Of a DNA stretch of 64,000 nt, positions 33,801 through 46,265 are shown in pieces. Both the position numbers and the translations under genes were made by a program. The DNA is from Phaeosaccion multiseriatum. Taxonomy: Eukaryota; Protista; Ochrophyta, other classes. The notes under the pieces are model-generated. The model was not told where the DNA came from. It worked only from the letters and a program-made list of their open reading frames with translations, and searched no databases. The stretch's first letter is position 1. The number at the start of each line of letters is the position of its first letter. The stretch covers positions 2,170,001-2,234,000 of the forward strand of contig OZ218960.1 in assembly GCA_965112735.1 (NCBI GenBank), written 5' to 3'.

Positions 33801-34617
33801 TAGAAGCAACCTCCATGCAGTCACCTCCTGATGTTTCAAGCTGAGAACCAAGTTGGCCGGTGAAATTGCCCGTCAATCATCCCGAAGCCCAGCTTGGGTG
33901 ATTCGGTCTCTCGTAACTGTCTCACACAGGAGGCAAAAGATGATGGAGACACGATGGGGGTACACGAAAAAGACAGAGCAGGAAGAGTGGATGCGTGAGG
34001 CTTGATAAATAGTGTGACATGTAATATCTCTCTTGGCAGCTTGTTATAGCTAGTCAGAGCACACGCGAGTAAGTAACGTGCCAGCAGCGAACGTACCTCG
34101 GAATTCAGACATTTCAAGTACATTCCGTGCCTGCTCAACGCTCATGTCCCCACACTCGTGTCCGTAGCCCTAGTCGGCCTGGGCTAGCTAATGGGTCTGT
34201 GTGCAGACGTGCAGACCCTTGGACACGAGGATTTCGTCCTGTTGAGCGGGACGGGTACACTACTTTGCCATTGGGTAGTGTGTAGGCTTCCCGCGGAAAA
34301 CAAATACAAAACACACACGAAGTGGAGGGGGTCTTCCACTTGCAGGTGGTAGCTGCGTGGCAGACCAGGACGGTTCACTATCACAGTGTTCTCAGAGGAA
34401 AGCTGCCCGTGGCTGGTTCATCGCCTTGAGCGTTGCACCCACGTCTGTGACGCGGAGGCGACCCCCTCATGGGCATCTGGAGCCCCACAAGTTCTGCTGC
34501 TGGGTTTCGCTCATTGTACTGCCATATTTCTCAGGCCCTCGTTCTTCTTCTTGAGCGAAGGCCGTAGTATTAAGTAGAAAGGAGGAGGAAAGAAGGAAAG
34601 GGTAGAGGAAATCAGCC

Positions 34618-37311
34618 CACTTGTATGTCAATTAACCGCCTGGATGTCAGTAGGACCGAAATATTGTTTTTGCTTTTGATGGAGGAGATGAATACTAGAT
34701 ATACGGACTATCCCAGACGAAGCGCTTGCGCAAGCTTGAGGAAAACACAGTGAACTCGGGATTGGGCAGCTGAGAGCGTGCTCGCAGCAGCTTTGTGGCA
34801 AGAACTAGCGGGTGAGCGGCAAAGGTGCGTTTTTCTCCAACCTTGGTTTCGATAGAGAGAGAGGACGGAGGGGGGTATACCCATAGAGATAAGCGGGGTC
34901 CAAGACAGAATCTCTTCTCCAGGAGTATGCGAAACTTTTCATATGCGTCGCATGCTCTTGCGCCTCCAGCTCATCGGCACTTTTGCCCCTGAAGTTAGGG
35001 TACTCCACCTTCACAGTTGAATGTCCCTGAGACGTGGACGCTGCTCTGTTCTACCCATTTTCAGGGCCCATGAGGGCGTCATCTCGTCCGCAGGACACGT
35101 CTGATGACTCCCGTGCCGCCGCTGTCCATGGGTGGAGGGCAAGAGGTCTATCGCAGGTCGTCACCCGGCCGAGGTGGCCGAAAAGGTGAGGGCGCACGAG
35201 AGGGGGAGAGGGCGTGAGATGGAAGGCTTCGCCTGGCTGGCAGTTACGAGCGGGGCAGGAGGGATCAACATCACTCATATATAGCCTGGCTTGTGACCAA
35301 GTTTTAGCTTCAAAGGTCATAATCCCATGTGCACAATCGCATACGTGTACTCCCCTCTCTTTTTTTGCCTTTGAAGGGTCCTTTTTGTGAGGTCATGAGC
35401 AGCCGATCCCACGCCCTGTCAGAGCATCGGTCTTGCTTAAGGGGCGTAATACTAACTCCCCTGCCCCCTGTTATTGCGGGACGTGGGTGGTGGGGCTATC
35501 GGGGGGACTTCGACATCTTCTCCCGAAGTCACTGCACAGGTGGGGAAGTATGAGGGTGGAGAGGAAAGGGAAGGAACCTTCCCGGCAGAGTCAAGGGCGA
35601 CACAAGGTATGTTGTGGCATCTAGTGTGTGAGTTGTCAGATGTCCAACTTTCAGCTTCAGCGAGCTTAACCAGACATGGGAAATCACCTCGTGTCCACCT
35701 CCCTAATTTTGGCCCCTTCGGTTAGGTCATCACGAGGGTCATTACCGGGGCAGGAGAACGACTGCGACGACCATCCTGCCTCTCTTCAGGGAGCGAGAAG
35801 GTAAGGAGCAAGGCGTTCACGAGCGGCAGTGGCCAGACGAGCGGGGGGAAGAGAAACAGGCGTCCAGATACAAGTCAAACTTATCCGCCTCGTCGTCCAC
35901 CCCGGGGGACGCCGTTGCTGCACGACCAGCTGCAGCTCCTCCTGGCTACTGCGGATGAGCGTGCTCGTATTGAAGCCTACCAGCCACGAGTGAGAGAAGC
36001 TCAATCAAGCAGCAGCTGGACGCGCCATCGGCAGCCGAGGCGGCCATGGGAGCTGAGCCGGAGAAAGGGGGGGGGGGTAGCGTGCTGTTGCTGTGGGTGG
36101 GTGCTGGTGTTCGTCGTGGCACATGGTCGAGAAGCGAGAATGACTCAGGGGCGACAGGACGATGAGCCGCAAGGCCATACTCAAGTCGCTGACCGCCCTG
36201 CAGGCAGGGAAAGTGGGGTGGAGGCCGTGGGAGGGGGGGTTGGAGCTGCCAGAGGAGGGCTTGGCGGGCTACCGAGACGGATGTCGCAGGTAAGACGGGG
36301 CCTCGTGCAGCATCTATAGTATTAGTAGCCGTAGCACCTGCGAAGGGGAGGAGGGGCAGTGTGTGTACAATTGGAGCTGCCCAAGTATTAAATTGGATTG
36401 AACAGACGAAAAATACATAGATAGCCTTGTAAACCGCAAACTCGCCAAGGAGAGCATGTGAAGTGTACCGAATCGGCGTATGGTCATGAGCTATAGCCTA
36501 GCGTTGTATCTGGCCCATATCTATCGTCATACTCTCTCTTCCCCCTCGATCGAGGGTCTCGGGTCTCGTTCGTCACACTTGTAAAATCTCTCCCTCACTC
36601 TGTAGCTCCTGAAAGGACACTTCGAGCTGCCCAGCACTCGGCTGACAATGTATCCCTCAAGTGTTCTCAAGGGTTTCACATCTCGTGGTCTGCTGGTCGC
36701 AGACACTCCTCCCTCTCCTCACCATTTTTGAGGTGAAAACTGCGGCCATCAGTGTTTCCGTCTCGCCTCACCCCTTCTGCTCCACAGCACCTGCAATCGC
36801 ACTCTTAGCTGCTCAACGTCGACTTCCATATGTGGGTCGCAGTCTGCTCAAAGCCATTCCTCCCTCATGGGCTCTTGCTCGCACACGCTCTTCCCCAACT
36901 CCCCCCTTGTTTGAGGCCCAAATTCCCGCCAAAGCAACGGACATTTCAGCTCCACATGTTAGCCCACTATCTCCTAAGACCGCACTCCCAGCTTCTCATC
37001 GGCTATTTGACTACATAATCCGTAGTTTGCCCTAAGATCATCACCTCTTGTGTGAGCTACGCCTCTCTCTTTCTCCCTTGTTCAAGGGCAAAGATCTCGT
37101 CAACCTATCAGCACATTTCACCTCCTAAATCTCTCTATACAGACGCTTCAATCAGACTTTAAGCTGCTTAACATCTAAAATGTTGTCTTAATCTCAGATT
37201 TCCCTAAGAGCTTCGCCTATGGTGGTCTGTAGCGCGCACAATAGTACCTCTATTGCTAAGGAAGGTTCACTGACATCCGACATCCGCCAGGGCGGTTAAT
37301 TGACATACAAG
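34618..37311 (+). mobile_element. Non-autonomous TIR element, copy A
   Basis: cttgtatgtcaattaaccgcc (34620-34640) is inverted at 37291-37311, and both are followed inward by ggatgtcagt. Confidence 0.6.
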
Positions 37312-39586
37312 GGATGTCAGTAAGAACTAGACAATAGAGGTATTGTGCGCGCTACAGGGCACCGCAGGCGAAGCCCTTTGGATGAGTTGCGACCTACATA
37401 GTGGTATCGGTGGAGAGCAGCTGAAAGTGCGATTGCAGGACCTGCAGGGACAAATTTAGCAGGTGGAAGGTGCCGCTCACGAAACGGCATTTCTCGCTAC
37501 CGACGGACACAAGGTGTGAACGTAGAGCACTAAAGGTGAAGATCTTTGGGGGAGCTGCGGTCTACACAGTGTACTCGGGTTTGGGTAGCTCAAAGTGCGC
37601 TTGAAAGAGCTGCGGGGAGAAAGTGGGCAGCTGAAATTTGAAGGCCCTTCCGCCCATTGACGAGCGGGGGGGGGGGGTGGCTGTGTGTACAGGCTTTAGA
37701 GCACGAGAGGTGAAGGGCTTCAGAGATCTTACGGAGAACATACGTTACGTGAGGGTGGGCAGCTGAAAGTGCGATTGTAGGAGCTGTCGGGGGGGAGTGG
37801 GCAGGTGAAATGTGAGGGCCCATTCACCCCTTTACGAGGGGGGGGGGAAGACGGGACTGTGCACGATTTAGAGCGTGGGAGATGAGAATCCTCGCGGAGC
37901 AGACGGTCTGAGTAGCGTACTCGCTGCTGGGTAACTGAAAGTGTGGTGACAGGATCTGCGGGGCGAAACTGTGCAGGTAGCTAAGATGTCACGCCATTTT
38001 GGCGGGAAATGACCTTTTGACCTTTTGACCTCTGTGTGGTGCTCTCGCTCTGACTCCAGTCCAGAAAGGTGTCCTCCCCGCACTCTGTCGAGCCTTCGCT
38101 CCCAGGGGGGGTCTCTAGGAAAGTCTCACTCGGTCTCGTGCCGACATCAGGGTCGCCTGCTTGCCACCCCGCCCCCCGCCCGCTCCTCCTCAAGACGGCC
38201 CTTGCTTCGTCCCAGCGACCGCTGTCAGAAGAACAGCTGCCACATGCGCTCTCTGTTCCTGCGCATTTCTCGACGTCAGCTCCACGAAAGGCTTCCTGGC
38301 TGGCGTGATACTGGAGCACGCGGCCTCACCCTGCACTCGGTCGATTCCAAAGGAGACAGGCAACTCTTGAGCAGCTTCTTCAAACCTCTCTCCATCTGCT
38401 TCAGCCCTTTCTCCTTCCTCGATATGTCCGTGGCCAAACATCCAATCTGCTTGGGAAGCTCCTCCAGACGGCCACTGTTGTCCACAAGTATGTCATCATC
38501 TTTTCCCACTTCCTCTGCATACTCTTGCGCTAGACGCGGATGCTCCTCCTCCTTCCCTTTCTTCTCTTCCTCTAGCCTCGGGAGTTCTGTCTGCAGTTCA
38601 CACCACGTGTCTACGCAATCGGAACATACAACTTCCCATCTCCCGGTATCCTGCTTCGCGCATAAGCGGCATATGAAGCGCTTCTCCTCCTCCCTTTCCT
38701 CCCCCCCCTCCTCCCTTGGTCTCTTTTGAGTCGCAAGGGAATGTGCTCTGCATCTGAGACTCTCCCCTGTGCATCGAAAGCCTTTGCAACGTCTCCTTCT
38801 TTCCTTCCACGTGAACACGCTCTCGCATTCGGGATCGGTACAGACCTTCCCGTCGTCCTCCTGCTTCGGCATGCTGCTCACTCGTGACGACCTGCGGAAA
38901 GTGGCTGGCAAAAGAGAGGGGAGTACACGTATGCGATTGTGCACATGGGATTATGACCTTTGAAGCTAAAACTTGGTCACAAGCCAGGCTATATATGAGT
39001 GATGTTGATCCCTCCTGCCCCGCTCGTAACTGCCAGGCGAAGCCTTCCATCTCACGCCCTCTCCCCCTCTCGTGCGCCCTCACCTTTTCGGCCACCTCGG
39101 GTGACGACCTGCGATAGACCTCTTGCCCTCCGCCCATGGACAGCGGCGGTACGGGGGTCATCACACGTGTCCTGCGGACGAGATGACGCCCTCATGGCTG
39201 GGCCCTGAAAATGGGTAGAACAGAGCAGCGTCCACGTCTCAGGGACATTCAACTGTGAAGGTGGAGTACCCTAACTTCAGGGGCAAAAGTGCCGACGAGC
39301 TGGAGGCGGAAGAGCATGCGAAGCATATGAAAAGTTTCGTATACTCCTGGAGAAGAGATCCTATCTTGCCCACGGCGTATCTCTATGGGTATACCCCCCT
39401 CCGTCCTCTCTCTATCGAAACCAAGGTTGGAGAAAAACGCAATTTTGCCGCTCACCCGCTAACTCTTGCCACAAGGCTGCTGCGAGCACGCTCTCAGCTG
39501 CCCAATCCCGAGTTCACTGTGTCTCACTCAAGCTTCCGCAAGCGCTTCGTCTGGGATAGTCCGTATATCTAGTATTCATCTCCTCC
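37312..39586 (-). mobile_element. Inverted copy B of the same family, tail-to-tail with copy A, with different internal cargo
   Basis: 38910-39586 is an inverted, high-identity copy of 34681-35362; 37312-37375 is the inverse of about 37209-37278; shared degenerate gcagctgaaagtgcgattg subterminal repeats. Confidence 0.6.
38276..38872 (-). CDS. Cys-rich (FYVE-like) plus coiled-coil ORF carried in element B
   Basis: MPKQEDDGKVCTDPECESVFTWKERRRRCKGFRC...ICRLC...VCSDC followed by E/K-rich heptads. Confidence 0.35.
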   Translation of the reverse strand: MPKQEDDGKVCTDPECESVFTWKERRRRCKGFRCTGESLRCRAHSLATQKRPREEGGEEREEEKRFICRLCAKQDTGRWEVVCSDCVDTWCELQTELPRLEEEKKGKEEEHPRLAQEYAEEVGKDDDILVDNSGRLEELPKQIGCLATDISRKEKGLKQMERGLKKLLKSCLSPLESTECRVRPRAPVSRQPGSLSWS

Positions 39587-39612
39587 CTTACATGCCCCAG
39601 CTTCACCAATGT

Positions 39613-39830
39613 AGGGAGGGAGGGAGGGAGGGAGGGAGGGGCGGAGGGAGGGGGGGAGGGAGGGAGGGAGGGAGGGAGGGAGGGAGGGAGGGAGGGAGGG
39701 AGGGAGGGAGGGAGGGAGGGAGGGAGGGAAGGAGGGAGGGAGGGAGGGAGGGAGGGAGGGAGGGAGGGAGGGAGGGAGGCGGGGGAGGGAGGGAGGGAGG
39801 GAGGGAGGGAGGGAGGGAGGGAGGGAGGGA
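39613..39830. repeat. (AGGG)n microsatellite
   Basis: Imperfect tetranucleotide run. Confidence 0.98.
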
Positions 39831-39964
39831 TCGGCCCTGGACAAGGTTACAGTGTGCGCCGCCGATATTCAGTAATCAGCCAGCTGTCGCCAACTAGGCC
39901 GGCTGGCGCCGGTCATAATCAGTAATCAGGCCGCCAGTAATCAGATACCCTTGTCCAGGGTCGA

Positions 39965-40854
39965 GAGGGAGGGAGGGAGGGAGGGAGGGAGGGAGGGAGG
40001 GAGGGAGGGAGGGAGGGAGGGAGGGAGGGAGGGAGGGAGGGAGGGAGGGAGGGAGGGAGGGAGGGAGGGAGGGAGGGAGGGAGGGAGGGAGGGAGGGAGG
40101 GAGGGAGGGAGGGAGGGAGGGAGGGAGGGAGGGAGGGAGGGAGGGAGGGAGGGAGGGAGGGAGGGAGGGAGGGAGGGAGGGAGGGAGGGAGGGAGGGAGG
40201 GAGGGAGGGAGGGAGGGAGGGAGGGAGGGAGGGAGGGAGGGAGGGAGGGAGGGAGGGAGGGAGGGAGGGAGGGAGGGAGGGAGGGAGGGAGGGAGGGAGG
40301 GAGGGAGGGAGGGAGGGAGGGAGGGAGGGAGGGAGGGAGGGAGGGAGGGAGGGAGGGAGGGAGGGAGGGAGGGAGGGAGGGAGGGAGGGAGGGAGGGAGG
40401 GAGGGAGGGAGGGAGGGAGGGAGGGAGGGAGGGAGGGAGGGAGGGAGGGAGGGAGGGAGGGAGGGAGGGAGGGAGGGAGGGAGGGAGGGAGGGAGGGAGG
40501 GAGGGAGGGAGGGAGGGAGGGAGGGAGGGAGGGAGGGAGGGAGGGAGGGAGGGAGGGAGGGAGGGAGGGAGGGAGGGAGGGAGGGAGGGAGGGAGGGAGG
40601 GAGGGAGGGAGGGAGGGAGGGAGGGAGGGAGGGAGGGAGGGAGGGAGGGAGGGAGGGAGGGAGGGAGGGAGGGAGGGAGGGAGGGAGGGAGGGAGGGAGG
40701 GAGGGAGGGAGGGAGGGAGGGAGGGAGGGAGGGAGGGAGGGAGGGAGGGAGGGAGGGAGGGAGGGAGGGTAGGAGGGAGAAGGGAGGGAGGGAGGGAGGG
40801 AGAAAAGGGAGGGAAGGAGGGAGGGAGCGAGGGAGGGAGGGAGGAAGGGAGGGA
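39965..40854. repeat. (AGGG)n microsatellite, about 0.9 kb
   Basis: Near-perfect run, degenerate at the right end. Confidence 0.99.
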
Positions 40855-41666
40855 GTCGACCCTGGACAAGATTATGTGATTACTGATTACGGGCGCAGTC
40901 GGCCTGATTACTGATTATGACCGGCGCCAGCCGGCCTGGTTGCTTACAGCTGGTGACCAGCCGGCCTGAGTACTGATTACCCAGCCGGGGGCTGAGTACT
41001 GAGTAGTACGGCCGGCGCACACCGTAATCTTGTCCAGGCAGGGTTGATAGGCCTAGGCCGGGGGGGCTGCGCAAAAAAAAGGCCTAGGCCGGGGGCCTGC
41101 GGCCCCCCTGCTAGGCCGGCCGATTTTCGTCTCTAGGCAGGCCTTTGCTTCTAGACCAGTCTGGAGCCGATGAAATGAAGACGTGTATCAATTTCGACCA
41201 CGTGTATCACTTTCCGCGCGAAGCAAGCGCGGTAAAAAATGGGAGACTTGGGCTTCTCGCTACTTTCCTGCAGGCTTCTTGCTTTCGGCCGCAGGTCGCC
41301 TCAGGCTTCTGCTTATCGGGGGGCCCGACAAGTCCAGCCAGCCAAGCCCCGCCGGCCCGCCGGGAGGCAGCCGATCTGCCTGTTGAGCCTCGCAAAGCAA
41401 GTACCCAAATATTAAAGCAATTTCACGCCTCAAAGAAAGTTTTGACCCTCAGCACCCGGAAGTTGCTTTAAGGCGTGATTGTCTTTATCCCAGCCAGCCA
41501 GGTCGATGTGGATGGAATTTTGCACAACTTGGGCACCCCTAATCGGAAACCAACATTGCACCCCCCCCCCCCCGGGTTTCTCTCTTGACATGAATCCTGC
41601 AAACCCCACCCCTCTAAAAATCCCTTCCTCCCTTGTCAGCTCTCTCCCACCCCTCCTACGAAGATA

Positions 41667-43265
41667 ATGAAGTCCTCCTGTGCCGTGCTGCTCACGCTCC
41701 TCGCTGGCGGAAATGCCTTCTGCCCTCCTACTGCGCTCATGGGGGTGAGGACATCCAGGTGAGACAGAGAAGGGGGGTTGGGGACTGGGGAAGAGCGCGC
41801 CGGAGAGAGCTCGCAGCATCCGCAGGGGTAGGCCTAATCATAGGCGATGCAGGCGGGGGATGCGGAAGCCTTGTGATTTTGGGTAATCACCGTGCTGCAG
41901 GAATCTCCTCGAAAGATGCAATGCGAGAAGGTTGAAGAGGAGGAAGCATGGATGGGGCGAGTACGTTGTGAAAGGGCCGCTTCATCCTTCAGCAGGAAGA
42001 AAGGGGGGCAGGAGTAGTCGCAGCGGAAGGAGCACAATTTAGAGGAGATGCAGCGGGGTTGGGCGGAGATTTTGTGGTTGGGGCATCATTGCTGTAGGAA
42101 TTGCTTGGACCTTGTAGCATCACCAGACACAAGAGCAGGAGCAATGAGGGGAGAAGGGGACAAGCTCAAGGAGCGAGGTGTGATTCATCGTGCGGGAGGA
42201 AGCTCGGGGGGCAGGAAAGGCGTCGCAGCAGCTGCATCAGTAGTAGCGCAGTTGGGGTGTGGGCGTGGTTGTGGGTGGGCACATCACCTTGGGGAAGGGA
42301 TGTCCTTGACAACCTTGTTGCAGGAGGAGAGCGGCAGCTACTGAAGAGGATATATGGGTGGTTGTCATTTAGGGGTGGAGGAAGGTTATTGACAACATCG
42401 CCACTCCCCAAATCAACTGACCCGGCCTGTGTTTCTCCGCATTCCCCACATGCTGTGTCTCTCCGTATTGATGTGAATGCGCTCCTCCCCAGTGGTTCCA
42501 CCCAGCTCCAGATGAAGGCGACTGCCCCGGAGTCCCGACGCGCCATGCTTAACAAGGTCTTGACGACCTCGGCTGGCCTCGCCGGTGTCGCTGCGATGCC
42601 TGCTCTGGCGGGGGCGGACGGAGCCAGGTCGAAGGCCACCATTGAGAGGGCACGTGGTATTTACGGAAGCCGAGTGGAGGACCTTTCTGCCGCTGTCACG
42701 AAGGGAGACTTTGCTGCCATTATGGGGGAGAAGAACGCATTCACTCTCTTTGCCTCGGGGGGCTTCCAAAAGAAGACGGACACAGCGAAGGCCAAGGAGC
42801 TGGCAAAGGCTGTGGTTGACGCCGCCGCAAAGGGAGATGCCTCGACCATGCAGTCTTCTTACAAGGACCTCATTGAGTTGGCCAAGCTGGACACGGGCTT
42901 CAAGGCCGAGGGAAGGGATATGGAGTACAGCCAAGGCTACTCAAGTGACTATGTAAGTGTGGGAGTAACGTATGTTTTGTATGTTGTACACAGAGCATGC
43001 TGGGCGAGTGGGGGAAGGCGAGCATGACCAGGTCACTTACCCTCCCTCTCCTCCCCCGTCCTCGGCTTTCTTCTTCCAGGACTACAAGCGGGGTACCAAG
43101 AAGGGAACGGTGAGTGGAGTGGAGGAAACGTCTAGCGAACACGTCCTCTTCTCGATCTCTCTTCCTCTTGAGACTAATCTGATTTCACATTTCTACCCTC
43201 TCCCCCCCTCCCCTTCGTCCCTTGCTTGCTGTCCTTGTACTGTGCCGAAGATCTACGTGCGATAG
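41667..43265 (+). CDS. psb31: Photosystem II extrinsic protein Psb31 (4 exons inferred)
   Basis: Signal MKSSCAVLLTLLAGGNAF; Tat-type SRRAML...PALA; mature ADGARSKATIERARGIYGSRV...GDFAAIMGEKNAFTLFASG...QGYSSDY|DYKRGTKKGT|IYVR*, matching the diatom Psb31 pattern; GT-AG introns. Confidence 0.88.
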
Positions 43266-43497
43266 GAGGGTCAACAAAATTTAGATGGAGCAGGATTTTC
43301 TGGGGAGGCAGCCCCGACTATTACAAATTGTCTAATACATATATATTCATAGATACCATACAAATGATTAGGAAAGAAAAGGGTGGAAAGAGAAGGGGAG
43401 AAACGAAAAAAAGGGCCGAGCTGAAACTAAAATTTGGATATCTCTGAGCTGAAACTAAAATTTGGATCTTTGAATTCCCCCCCAACAGAGGGCGATT

Positions 43498-46159
43498 ATG
43501 CGCCACGCCTTGCTGGTGCCGCTCTACTGTTGCGCAGGGGCAGTGAAGGTTGCTTCGTTCTGCCACAATCCGCATGCTTCCGCTGCCGTATCGTATTGCA
43601 GCGCAGGAGGTGGAGCGCAAGTGGGAAGGGTGGGAAGGGGAGGAAGAGGGCGACGTTCTTGGAGCACCACCACGGGAGGGGGACGCGGCACCGCAGTGTT
43701 GGGAGGCCATGACGTTGTTAGGGGCGGCGGTATGCTCTCGCCCTTCCCTCTTGTTTTGGCGGCGAGGCAGGGGGGGGAAGATGAAGAGATGGCAGACGAC
43801 GACGCGGGTGCTAGTGAGAGTCAAAGGCAACAGCCCATCGCCAAGTACATGCCAATCGGCTTCGGGAGGCCAGCCGCGCCAGAAAGCAGCACTCGTGAAG
43901 GTCTAGCACAGCAGCCGGAGAGGGTTAGAAGCTCGATTGAAGCTGCTGACGTAGAGAGAGTGGAATCACGTACCGTCCCGGTGGAGGACGTTCCAACGAA
44001 ATTCAAACCCCATGAGGAGATGCTCATGGCGGAGGGCAGCTTGACTCCGTGCGTCATCAAGGTAGAGGAATGATTGGAGCCAACGGTGTGAGGAGTTCCT
44101 CTTTCGCTGAAGCCGAAGAGGGGGCTGAAATGCTTGCTCCTCTCTCTTCTATGCATCCTCTGTCTCTTGGTTTGCTGCCGCATATCAGGTCGTTGGCGTA
44201 GGAGGAGGAGGAGGAAACGCTGTCAACCGAATGGTGCAAACCGACATCGAGGGAGTGGAATTCTGGTGAGGAAGTGGAAAGTGTATATGACGCTGCTGAC
44301 GACAGGGTTCTTGGGGGCGGGACAGCGCAAGCAGGTAGGTACCCTCTTCTGACCACTCTGCCATGGGTCCGGTTCGCAGGAGTGTCAATACGGATGGCCA
44401 AGCCCTGTCCCGCAACCAGGCACCAGGAAAGCTCGCCATAGGGCAGTCTGTTACGCGCGGGCTTGGAGCAGGCGGCAACCCGATGGTCGGGAAGAAGGTA
44501 CACTGCTGTTCCGCGTAGTCTGCCGTTGGTTACCGTCGCGTCTCTCGACTAGATGCATCTAATGGCGACTCCACCACCGTGATTACCCGTAAGGAAGGCT
44601 GCAGAAGAGAGCAAGGAGGACCTCGCTCTAGTTGTTCAAGGTGCAGATATGGTCTTTGTGACTGCAGGCATGGGAGGAGGAACAGGATCTGGGGCTGCTC
44701 CATTGGTGGCAGAGTCCGCTCGCGATCAAGGGGCACTCACCGTGGCTGTTGTGACCAAGCCGTTCGGCTTTGAGGGGCGAAAGCGCATGCAGCAGGTATT
44801 GAAAGATGCTCTACAGTGGCAATGCATGAGCGCGCAGGCTCTCTCTCTCGTCTCACCCACCTCTCAACTCTGGCGCGCATCTCGCGAAACCGTGTTCAGG
44901 CGAATGAGGCCATTGAGGAGCTGGAAGCGCGAGTGGATACTCTCATCGTCGTCTCGAACGACAAGCTCTTGCAAATTGTCCCGCCAGAGACTGCCCTCCC
45001 CGTAAGTGACTTGCATCTCTCGAGCGCAACGAGGAGCGCCCCGCCCACCCGCCTTGTGCGTACTTTACTTTCTCCAGGAAGCTTTCCTCGTCGCGGACGA
45101 TGTTCTTCGCCAAGGCGTGGTGGGTATTTCTGAGATTATTATCAAGCCTGGCCTCGTCAATGTCGACTTTGCGGACGTGCGGGCGGTGATGCAAAACGCA
45201 GGGACTGCCCTCATGGGAGTGGGGACTGGGAAGGGGAAGAGCAGAGCACAGGATGCGGCCATGGCCGCCATCAGCTCTCCGCTGCTCGACTTTCCCGTCA
45301 AGGAAGCGAAGGGCATCGTATTTAACATCATCGGTGAGGTGCTTTGCTCGGCTGCACCACGACTGGAGTCTGTGTGCGCGCTCACTCATGTGTGTGGAAT
45401 GGATTTCTGTGTGCTGCTTCCGCAGGGGACAAGGATCTGACGCTGCAAGAGATCAACGAGGCGGCGCAGGTCATCTACAAAAACGTAGACGCAGACGCGA
45501 ACATCATTTTCGGCGCTCTCGTGGACCCCGCTGTGGAGGGCGAGCTGCACATAACAGTGCTGGCCACCGGATTCCCAAAGACGAAGGCGGCGGCGAAGGT
45601 CTGTGGCTGTGAAGGGGAAGGAACGCCGCTCTCTTTATCTGTTGAAGGCATAGCAGCGTGATGGCCTATTTTGCCTTGTCTTACCCCTTTGTTGTGCGTG
45701 TAATGTGTCCCTCAGGGCCAAGGGAATGCCGCGACTGGGACGGGTGCTCTGAAGCAACCCGCGATTCGTACCGCGATCCCCCCTCCCGTGAAGAAGTCCG
45801 TAGCCTCCTTGATGGAAGAGGGACAGGAGGTTAGAACGATGCTTCTGTGGTTTGGCTTTTTGGCTCCTGTCCGACCTGATGGCAACCAACGTGCATTACT
45901 CACACTCCTCTACAGGAGTACGAGCGCAATGAGGCGCCGCCATCTCTCAGCAAAAACACCCGGAACACCCGCCGTCGGCGCGACGATCAGGTACGCGTTG
46001 CTCTAGCGTTTGCCTCTCCCCCCTACGGCTACTCTCACCCTCTTTAACAATGCCCCCTTTTTGCCCACCCTTTCACAGCAGCGGCGGCCACGGAAAACAG
46101 GCAAGAGGCGGGGCATTTTCCTCTTTCTTCGTCGCCTCATCCTGGGCAGAAGAGACTGA
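43498..46159 (+). CDS. ftsZ: Plastid division protein FtsZ (multi-exon)
   Basis: PCVIK|[77 protein letters not shown]; signal-like N-terminus ending VASF; C-terminal exon boundaries approximate. Confidence 0.95.
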
Positions 46160-46265
46160 AAGACCCCACATACAAAAAAATAAAACAAAACGCACAAAAA
46201 AAACAGTTAAAACTCTATTTGCTCCTTTAGTGTCAGAGGCGTCAGCCTCTCCGCGAAGCTGGTTC

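Larger units (their letters stand above)
39613..41170 (-). mobile_element. Second (AGGG)n-bearing TIR element, inverted relative to 4631-5957, lacking its other terminus
   Basis: 41170 inward to about 41010 matches 4631-4770 (tcggctccagactggtctagaagc...gccgcaggcccccggcctagg...ggacaagattacggtgtgcgccggccgta). Confidence 0.75.

Noticed and set aside
43418-43467. 22-bp direct repeat gagctgaaactaaaatttggat upstream of ftsZ
   Set aside because: Real but only two copies, with no evidence for a regulatory role.
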